NCBI RefSeq assembly: GCF_009914755.1
Contig: NC_060942.1
Strand: one strand, 5' to 3'
DNA from: the human T2T-CHM13v2.0 reference genome, Homo sapiens
Length of the DNA stretch: 64,000 bases
The notes under the pieces were generated by a model. It saw only the letters and a list, made by a program, of their open reading frames with translations. It made no database searches and was not told where the DNA came from. Below, one piece after another: positions 49,691 through 64,000 of this stretch. Position 1 is the first letter of the stretch. Each line of letters starts with the position of its first letter. The position numbers were made by a program, and so were the translations under genes.

Positions 49691-50855
49691 TTAATGCTTT
49701 GTTCTTTTTATTGCAGTGAAACTAAAATTTAAGGACGCTAAGGGACAGAGAACAGTCAGAGGTTTCTCTCTGTCTTTATTCTTGTTAGATGCATTGCTGG
49801 GCAGTCTCCAGTGCTGCCTCCTTGTACATTCAGCAACGGGCCGAAGGTGGGAAGTCCTCAACCCAGAGCTGGCACAGCTCCATCAGCAGAAGGCGTGGAC
49901 ACTGGGGGCTTTCAAGTCCTTCCCCTATAGGGACAACCAGCCACTATTCAGGGGCTGGGCCCTTGCTGACCCTTTTTATTACCTGCCCTACCCAGAGTAC
50001 AGAAATTGTGACCTAAAGGATGTCCCCTCATCACATTGCCTGACCTTATTTGGGACACACGGGACTGAGCTCCTCCCTAGTGTATTTATAGAGATGTGCA
50101 CATTGGAGAAGCAAGTTCCCAGGTTTCTAAACTTAGAGGCTTCAAGCAGGGTTTGCAGGTGTTGCCTCCCCCTCCCCTGTCTCCCCGTGCAAATGTGCCT
50201 TCTTTCTAGAAAGCACACACAGACCTTGGTAAGGCCTCGGTGGAACAGTAGACAGCAGTCCCAATCCTGTCTGCTTCCTGCAGGGTGGGAAGTCACGACA
50301 CGGCCGTGGAAGGGAAGTTCAGCCCACGGAGGGCTTTTCCTGTGGGTCTCCAGAACGCTTCTCCCACCCTCCCCGCCTCCTGATAACGCAATGCTCTGAT
50401 ACTTCAGAATAGCCGAGTATCTTCTGGGGAGTTTGATGTTAAAATATGCCTGTTTCTGGCTATGTTGAAAAACGATGGCCAAGGAGGAAGTGACCTGTTC
50501 TGGAGTTTCTCTGTCCCCAGTGAAAATAAATCATTGTGCCCAGCTGGTTCGCAATCTCAGTTTCCTTTTAAATCAGACTCTCCACCTAATTGAAAGTGGA
50601 GGTGTGTTTATTCTGGCAAAGAATGGTAGCACTTCTTGATTGAAAACGTTTGGAAAGGCCCTTAAAGTCCAGTGCGAAGTGGTGGAGCACAGCTGTCACA
50701 GTGTTTCTCCCAGTGCAGTCCAAGGACCACCAACCAGGAAGCCTGTGAAATGCAGCCTCCAGGGCACAGCCTAGCCCCACTGCACAGAATGCCTGGGGCG
50801 GGCCATTCAGATGCACATTACATTAAAAAACCATTAGGTTAAAAGCACAAACTTC

Positions 50856-51165
<310 letters not shown>

Positions 51166-51269
51166 CTAAAAACCTGGATTTACTTCCTGACTCTTCTGCT
51201 TTGGGGCCAATAATTACATGACTTAATTCTTATCTGCAAAGTGGTAATAATAGGGTTGTGGAGAAAACC

Positions 51270-52334
51270 AAGGATCAATCCATGTCTTGCTGCATATAGA
51301 AAACTTAATTCAAAATGGCTCATAGATCTAAATGTAAAAGCAAAAACTATAAACGTTATAGAAGAAAACGGGAAAAAACCTCTGTGACCTTGAGTTAGGC
51401 GAAGATTTCTTAGGTGAAAGTAAAATCCGTAAGAGTACATATTAATAGATTGGACTTCCTCAGAATTAAAACTCCGCTCTTTGAACAACATTGTTCAGAA
51501 GATGAAAAGACAAGCCATAGACTGGGAGAAAATGTTTGCATATCATACATTTGATAAAGGATTTGTATCTAGAACCTCAAAACTCCATAATAAGAAAACA
51601 CAATTTTTAAAATGGGCAAAAGATCTAAGTGCTTCACCAAGGAAGAAGCCCATGAAAAGATGCTCAACATTGTTGGTCTTCAGGGAAATGCAAATTAAAA
51701 CCACAGTGAAATACCTCTGCACACCTATTATAGAGTGGTTGAAATAAAAAGACCACACTAGGTGTTGACCAACATGTGGAGCAACTGGAACTCTCATAAA
51801 CTTCAGACTGGAGTGTAAAATGGTACAACCACTTTGGAAAAGTTTGGCAGTTCTTAAGTTAAACATACGCCTACTATAATCCAGCCACTCTACTTTTAGG
51901 AATTTACCCAAACGAAACAACAGCATATGTCTATGCAAAGATTTGTGTAAGAATGTCCATAACAGCTTTATTTGTATTAGGCTACAAGTAGAAACAACTC
52001 AAATCTCCATCAGCAGGTGAAAGAATGGTCTCACCAAACAATGGAATATTACTCAGCAATAAAGGGAATGAATTGCTGAGACACAACATGGTGAATCTCA
52101 AAATAACTGTGCCAAGTGAAAGAAGCCAGACAAAATATGAGCACCAGACTGCATTATTCCATTTGGATAAAATTCTGGGAAATGGAAATGACAGGAAGCA
52201 GATCAGTGGTTGCCTGGGTGTAGAGGTAGGGGCATGAATGGGGAAACCACAAGGGGACACAAGAAAACTTTTGGATGTGATAGGTATAGTCACTATCTTG
52301 ATTGTGGTAATGGTTTCACAGGTACATATGTCAA

Positions 52335-52338
<4 letters not shown>
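51270..52338 (+). mobile_element. L1M ORF2 C-terminus and 3' end remnant
   Basis: Translated remnant KMKRQAIDWEKMFAYHTFDKG...MKRCSTLLVFREMQIKTT resembles the L1 ORF2 C-terminus. Confidence 0.88.

Positions 52339-52392
<54 letters not shown>
52339..52392. repeat. (TA)27 microsatellite
   Basis: Pure dinucleotide run. Confidence 0.97.
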
Positions 52393-52396
<4 letters not shown>

Positions 52397-52410
52397 TCCC
52401 CGCTCCCCCC

Positions 52411-53153
<743 letters not shown>

Positions 53154-53279
53154 GTCCTAACGCAGGACCTCCTGTTCCAGGCTAGCAAGGAATTCTCATA
53201 AAAAGAATTTTCTTTTGGGCAAAATGTCCCTGCTGCTTTTGTCTGCAAAGCAAAATGGATGATGGGGAGGGACATGTGA

Positions 53280-54572
<1,293 letters not shown>

Positions 54573-54924
54573 CTGCACCCTTTAGTGTCCAGGGGAAGCT
54601 GCAGACCTCCTACGCAGAATGATGTTTTTAAGTGCACCAAGTCATATACATAGAATTACAAAGAAAACCAATGGCATTAAAATACAGTTTTGTCTCCAGA
54701 ACCTGGCTATACAGAACCAGTCATGTAACTGCGATGATTGGGAATGAGGCCACTCCTTAAACCTATTTTGACAATTTGGCAATTCTTAACCCGGATTCCA
54801 GAATACAATCGAACGAGGAGTTTGGCTTCCCTAGAAATCTGTCATTTTTTGGATGAATGAAGGAATGGAAACGACACAGGGACTACGAAGAAAAGCCCAG
54901 CCACCTGGCCCTTTCCAATTCTGG

Positions 54925-55890
54925 CCGCGGACAGCCAGTGCTGTGGCCAGTTTCGCCCGCCCACGCCCTCCTCCCCAAATATATATTTTGAAAATTATTT
55001 GTTCAACAAATATGTGTTGGGGTCGTGCCCTCCGTGCTGCCCTGGGACGCGACCGTCACACGGAACCTCCCCTGGGCCTGGGGGCCGCGCTGTGTTGTTT
55101 GCGCCGGGACTGCGGAGGACGGCGGCGCGGGCCGGGGCTCTGGGCGGGTTCGCGTTCAGATCCTCGAAGTGGCTCCCTCCGGGACCTCGCTGGCTTTCCT
55201 GTTCCCGACCCCTCGGCCAAGCCGTGCGACCGGGTGGGCTCTGCTTCCCCGGGACCCCACTCTGACCCCATCCCCTAAGCCGCTCCCGCGAGCACCTCAG
55301 CTCCGCTCCCGCGCGGGTCAGCAATTCGAAGTCCGCCCCAGACCCCTGGGCCTTCGGGCGCCCCCGGAAGCCGCAGGGACTGTCGGACTGAGCGGCCCCC
55401 TTGCTTGGGTGGGAGCTGGGGTGCAGAGAGGGGCTGTTCTCGCACCCTTCCGCTGCATCGGTCCCCGGGCCAGTGCGGAGACTCCTCTTTGCGTTTCCAA
55501 ATCACTTTTACGAACAAAAGAGGCGCCCAGAGGATATCACCCCGGGCGCACCGCCCTCCAGGGGTGTTTGAAACGTGAGCTGTTGTCAGGCCCAGGGCCA
55601 AGGATGCTAAATGTCCGGGAAAATGCGCGCGGCAGCCGGCCACACTCAGGACGATGGTCCGTCCCCGAGAGCCAGCAGGGCTGCGGAGAGGAAGATCCAG
55701 CCGCCGAGCGCAGCGCGCACGGAGCGGGACGCCTGCGGCGATGCCTGCCCGGGTGGCCGCTGTCCTCTGCCCGGGCGCCGCTGGAGCCGCGCGTCCCCAT
55801 CGCCGCGCCGGCTAGTCCCACAGGTGCCCGGAGAGGGAGGCACGGAGGCATACCCAACCTTGAGTGCGTCCAGCATACGTGGGTGTGGAC
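54925..55890. promoter_or_regulatory. CpG island, candidate promoter or enhancer with no recognisable gene attached
   Basis: Sharp rise in GC and CpG density, GC boxes (GGGCGG ~55142, CCGCCC ~55333), non-repetitive. Confidence 0.8.
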
Positions 55891-56466
55891 GAAGGTGAGA
55901 AAGGGTTCTTTCCAAAGGTTCAAGACAGAGCTTCCAGTACCTTCTAAATCCCCAGAAAGTAGTGGTCTAGAAGTTGCTTCTCCGCTTCCCAACGCCACAG
56001 GTGAAGGAGCCAGGAATCTCCCTTCCCTGTGGATCGCCTTCTCCTCCCTTTCTGCATGCCCCTGGGATCCTAATCCCATTTGCCTCAGGATTGGAGTCTC
56101 AGGTATTGATTTCATCCTGAACTAAGAGGGGAGAGATCTGGACTCTTGTCTGCAAAACAGGCAGGGTCTTGTGTCTAATAAGCACTCAATGAACATCGAT
56201 GGAATGAATGAGGGGGGGGAACTTCTCCACTCAGGGTTCCCTTTTGTTCCTCTTCTGATCAAGAAATGATGTATCCTCCCAGGGCACATTGATCAGCGGA
56301 AATTATGGAGGCTGCACGGCCTCTGGATCTTTCCCCCCTCAAGACAGGAAAAGGACCTTCAAAGCCATTCACTTCCTTACAACAAGCCCCGAGGAAAGGT
56401 GGGACGCGCCATTCTGAAAAAGAAAGTAAATGACTTCATTCACTTGTTTTTAAAATGGGACAGATA

Positions 56467-56769
56467 GGCCGGAGGCGGTGGCTCACACCTGTAGTCCCAG
56501 CACTTTGGGAGGTCGAGGCGGGTGAATCACTTGAGGTCAGGAGTTTGAGACCAGCCTGGCCAACATGGTGAAACCCCATCTCTACTAAAAATACAAAAAT
56601 TAGCTGGGCGTGGTGGCGGGAGCCTGTAATCTCAGGTACTTGGGAGGCTGAGGCAGGAGAATCGCTTGAACCCGGGCGGGGGAGCTTGCAGAGAGCAGAG
56701 ATCTCGCTACTGCACTCCAGCCTGGGCGAGAGAGTGAGACTCCGTCTCAATAAAAAATAATAAAATAAA
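56467..56769 (+). mobile_element. Alu (AluS-like), TSD AAAATGGGACA
   Basis: Full dimer with flanking direct repeat. Confidence 0.94.
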
Positions 56770-56833
56770 ATGGGACATATAAAGCATGAGGGCATGTTTA
56801 TCAGTGAAATTTTTTAACAGAGTTAAAAATTAA

Positions 56834-57416
<583 letters not shown>

Positions 57417-58364
57417 TAATATTGTACTTATACAGTCTATTCACCCAGATCAAGATATAGGACATGTTCAGCACACCTGAAAGCTCCCTCGTGCCTCCCC
57501 CAGTCGGTGCCCTCCCCGGAGGTAACCACTCTTCTGACCTCTATTGCCTGTATTCACTTTGTGCACCTGAATGATCTAATGGTCTTTTGCATCTCTGGTG
57601 TTTTTAGTGGGAGTTTATTCGCATCCCGCAGGTTTCAGCTCTTCTCCTTTCCCATTCCTTTCAATGGCATGACGGCGTTTCTTTCCTTCAAACCACTTCT
57701 CAGTTTGCAATTTCTGTGTTAGTTTGTTTACCTGTCTGCTGTTTGCTTTCCAGCTAGAAGGTAAGTGTCCTCTCCCATTCACTGCTGTCTCCTGAGCCCC
57801 TAGCGCAGTGTCGGCGCACGTAGATATTCAACAAATACTTACTCAATGGATGAGTATGGGAATGAAAGGAAGAAATACTCCAGGCATGAATTTTTGCCGT
57901 CCTGAATCTAAAACCAATTTACTTGGGCAAACACTGGCCTATGACTGAGATCTCTGCATTTGTTTTACAAAGACAGTGTTCACCAAATCCAAGTTAGAAG
58001 ACTTAGAGAAAAATACTGAAGTTATTCCAGTCTGCCTGGAAGCCAAAAGTGGCATCATTCTCACCTTCTGTGATAGGACTACCTTCTCAACCAAGACTAA
58101 ATTTTCGCTTTAAACTGTTGAATCAGTGTTTTATAAAAGCACTCCACTTTGGCTACATAAAAAGACCCTCAACAGTGGTGTTTCCCCCCCACCTCTCTTT
58201 TTACAGTCAGGGTCTCCTTCCATCAGTCCATTGCTGGAGGGCAGTGGTGTGATCATAGCTTAATAGTGGTTATCTCCATTGGGGTGATGGAGGATGATTT
58301 TGCTTACTTCCCTTATACTTTGTCATTTTTTATATGGACACATTTTACTTCTTCAAATTTTTAA

Positions 58365-59140
58365 ATAATGTTTAATTGTGGCAAAACACATATAACTTAA
58401 AATTTAGCACCTTAACCATTTTTAAGTGTACAGTTCAATAGTGTCAAATACATTCACATTGTTATACAACCAATCACCAGGATGCTTTTCATCTTGCAAC
58501 TCTGAAACTCTGTACCCATTAAACAACTCCCCATCTCCCTCTCCACTTCCCCCAGCCCATGGCAACCACCATTCTGTTTTTTTTCTCTGTAAATTTGACT
58601 ACTCTAGGTACCTCACATATGTAGAATTATACAGGATTTGTCCGTTTGTAACTGGCTTATTTCACTTATTGAATTCAAGATTCATCTATGTGGTAGCCTG
58701 TGTCAGAATTCTCTTCTCTTTTAAGGCTGAATTATATTCCATGGTATGAATATCCCACCTTTTGTTTATTTATTCATCTACCCAGAAATGGAATGACTGG
58801 GTCATGTAGTACTTCTATTTTTAATTTTTTGAGAAACTGCCGTACTTTTTTCCATAGCAACTACAACAACTACATTCCCACCAACAGTGCACAAGGGTTC
58901 CAGTTTCTTTACATCCTCACCAACACTTGTTATTTTCTGACTGTTTTTTAATAATAGCCATCCTAATGGGTGTGAAGTGATATCTCATTGTGGTTTTGAT
59001 TTGCATTTTCCTAGTAACTAATGCTGTTGAGCATTTTTTTCATGTGTTTGTTGGCTGTTTGAATTATCTTTGGAGAAATGTCTGTTCACGTTCTTTGCCC
59101 ATTTTTTAACCGGCTTGTGTTTTTTGTTGTTCAGTTCTAG
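58365..59140 (-). mobile_element. Antisense L1MB-like 3' end
   Basis: TTAACCATTTTTAAGTGTACAGTTCA and ACATTCCCACCAACAGTGCACAAGGGTTCC motifs. Confidence 0.85.
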
Positions 59141-60399
59141 GACCTATTATTTTTAAGAAAAGAATTTTCTTTCAGGAAGAAATGGAGGGGAAAGCATACA
59201 GGAAGCCAAGCAAGAGAGGTTTGGTGGTTAGAAGTGTGGGCTCTGAAATTCGAAGATTGTTACCATAGTTATTGAGCACCTGCTGTATGAGCTAGGCTAG
59301 GCTAACTACTCTAACAACCCTGAAAGCTCAGCGACCCAACACAATAAAAGTGTGGCTTCCAATGCAAGTACAGCATGTTCTGAGGCAGAGGTAGGGGGAG
59401 GGCAGGGGTTATCAAGGGATGATAGGGCTCTGTGTCATTTCATCATTCAAGGACCTAGGCTACATCCATCTCGTGACACTGACATCCTTGACATGTGGCC
59501 TTCAAGGTCCCCATGGGAGGAGATAAAAGGAAGGATTATACAACGGTGATTTTTTATGGACCAGTCTTTGCTTGTATTACATCAGCCTAAACTGGGAATA
59601 CAGCCCCACTCAACTACAAAGAAGACTGGAACACATCTGCCACAGGACACCCTTCTGGTCACCAAACCACTTCATTCTTCTTCCCAGCTGCAGACACACC
59701 CATCCCCTTCTCTGAGGAGACAACCCGAAGTCCCATCAGTCATTGTATCCAGGATCTCTGTCACGCATGTTCTTCCTTAGGACTAGAGACTGATCCTATT
59801 GTTCTGGTGACCAATGAACTAAAGGGGTACATATGCGCCCCCATCCCAACACCCCACATACAGTGGTGAAGTAGAAATGATGCAATTTCCATTGAGAAGA
59901 GGAAGGGCAATAGCCCTAATTCGTAGAAGTGACCGACTCCTTTCTGTGACGCAGGCGTTGTGAGGGTCCCCTGCCCTAGCAAGGGGGCAGGTCCAACCAA
60001 GATGTTTTCCTGGGCCTTTGCTGTTCAAAGTTCTTTTCCATCTTTTATCTCTGGCAGCTTGGAATTTAGAAGCAATGAACTTTTCCAACTCTGCCACCTC
60101 CACACTTCTGGGCTCTCTCCCACCCACTTGCCTCACTTCTGGCCAACTGGCCTGTCCTTCCTAGCCTTCTGTCCTTCTTGTAACACCTGGCCTAGCACCG
60201 CCAGTGACAGCAATACACCCTGTTCCCTGCCAGTCGCCAGTCTCCTCCCCAGAGTCTCCCCACAGCTCAGGGGGCATGTGGTCTGCCCTTCAGGTCTCCA
60301 CCGGCAATGGTTTTACCAAGTTTTGCTGCCCCATAGAACAGCTCACCACTCTGCCGATGGCACAGAGACTCACAGGTTTCCCAGATGCCAGGAAGCAAC

Positions 60400-62200
<1,801 letters not shown>

Positions 62201-62466
62201 GCTGAGAGGGAAATGTGTGCAGGGGTGGCCAAGATGGGGGATGGACCAGATTGCTGGGCAATGGGAAGGGCCCCTGGATGCCTGTGGTCATCTGATGTGA
62301 GACCACCCCACCAGGGCTGTGTGCCTTTCTTCAGCCGAGCACAGCTGTGTGGGTGCAGGCCTGGAGCAGGCAGTGAGCTGGATTTAACCAAACTTGGGGT
62401 TCTGCAGGAAGGCATGATGGAGAAAAAAAACGAGGGATCTAAGGGTGTTAAGAAAGGAATTCTTGA

Positions 62467-62756
62467 GGCTGGGAGAGTTGGCTCATGCCTGTAATCCCAG
62501 CTACACCTGAGGCCAGAGGATAGCTTGTGACCAGGAATTTGAGGCCAGCCTGGGCAACATAGTGAGACCCCCATTTATTAAAAAAAAAATTGCCAGGCAT
62601 GGTGGGGTGTGCTGGTTAGTCTAGCTACTTAGTAGGCTGAGCCAGGAGGATCATTTGAGCCCAGGAGTTTGAGGCAGCAGTGAGCCACGATTGTGCCACT
62701 GCATTCCAGCCTGGGCCACAGAGCAAGACCCTATATCTTTAAAAAAAAAAAAAAAA
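62467..62756 (+). mobile_element. Alu (AluJ-like), TSD AAAGGAATT
   Basis: Diverged dimer with A tail. Confidence 0.9.
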
Positions 62757-63333
62757 GGAATTTTCTGTAGTGCTAAACCAGGAAGTTTATTTTAAGCAGA
62801 TAAGTGAGATTTGGAGGGGGTAAAGGATGCTGCTGAGAAGGTGGATCAATGGGCCGAAAGGTCGCCCTGCACTCAAGGATTGCTGAGGGCAGAGGGAGTG
62901 AGAGAGTGGGCTGGAAAGGTAAGAGGTGCCGTCCGACAGCAGGTTTGCGCTACTAGGGTTCCCCATGACAGTGAGGAGCAGAGTCGGGTGGATTAGAAGA
63001 TTGCGGGAGGCGGGGAGAGCAAGGAGAGGCATAGCTCGGGGATTGCAAATGTCATGTTTGTGGGTGTTGGAATCACCACGTCTGAGGGTAGGAGGGGTGT
63101 GTGGGGCAGGGGAGAGATGGGCTGAGGGAGGAGGAGGGGAGTCCTGGGAGCAGCAAGGAAGGAACATGCCCGCTCTGGCGGAGGAGAGAGGACAGGCATT
63201 TGCTGAGAGGGCTCAGGAGCTGCAGTGTCCTCGGGATGAAGCCAGATTTTGGATGAGAACATTCACAGAAGAGGTTTTGAATGTAGGAAATTTCAGCAAT
63301 TGGGGGTGTGGGTAGGAAAGTGGGCCACAGTCA

Positions 63334-63618
<285 letters not shown>

Positions 63619-63630
<12 letters not shown>

Positions 63631-63746
63631 GAAGAAGAAGAAGAAGAAAAGAAGAAGAGGAAGAGGAGGAGGAGGAGGAGAAGGAGAAGGAGAAGGGAGG
63701 AGAAGGGAAGGAGAAGGAGAAGAAGAAGGAGGAGGAGGAGGAGAAG
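63619..63746 (+). repeat. 128-nt uninterrupted purine tract: A12, then (GAA)n/(GGA)n/(GGAGAA)n
   Basis: No pyrimidine on the + strand over this interval. Confidence 0.95.
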
Positions 63747-64000
63747 CGCAGCAGAAGCCACAAAAGACTCTGTGCTCCTTGGGAAGGAGTTTGATCTTCA
63801 ACATCCAGTGAACACATTTGTCCTTCTTCAAAGAGGGTCAGAAACTCAGGGTCACAAAACTGCTCAGTGACAGGGACGCGATTCTTTTTTTGAATCTGCC
63901 CTTTAATTTGCAATGAGATGCAATTCTGATGGCAACTCCAAGCTGCTAGCACAGCAGTCAGGAAGTACAGGGGCCACATGCATGCCTAACTCTGACCCAC

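Noticed and set aside
49716-50399. 227-aa ORF beginning at an acceptor-like site (ttattgcAG at 49715-49716)
   Set aside because: GTG start, no recognisable homology or coding bias, no partner exon identified
54853-56125. Overlapping long ORFs (366, 192, 141 aa) in the CpG island
   Set aside because: Expected from stop-codon scarcity in GC-rich DNA; Arg/Gly/Pro/Ala-biased, open on both strands, no recognisable domain
57754-57760. 7-nt microexon (ttccAG|CTAGAAG|GTAAGT)
   Set aside because: Lies in an L2 3'-end-like motif that resembles these signals by default; frame-shifting length and no established host transcript

Overview
Primate, very probably human, genomic DNA (Alu/L1/L2/MIR-rich). 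The + strand carries the 3' part of ZCCHC2. I reconstructed 12 phase-compatible GT-AG coding exons (1373-35454; 2486 coding nt, probably exons 3-14) encoding a PX-like fold, a Ser/Pro-rich low-complexity region and a C-terminal CX2CX4HX4C zinc knuckle, followed by a ~2 kb 3'UTR with AATAAA at 37436. Downstream are a 32-copy 44-bp minisatellite (39365-40774), a candidate alternative terminal exon (from 43321), an orphan CpG island (~54.9-55.9 kb) and dense retroelements. No prokaryotic-type system, CRISPR array or RNA gene is visible. The best leads are a 52-aa signal-peptide-like smORF in an intron, the minisatellite (stop-free consensus on the + strand, three binary CpG-toggling variant sites), a possible recursive-splice exon inside the PX-like domain, the alternative last exon and the CpG island. 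Exon numbers, gene identity and repeat subfamilies are from recognition, not from a database search; repeat boundaries are approximate.
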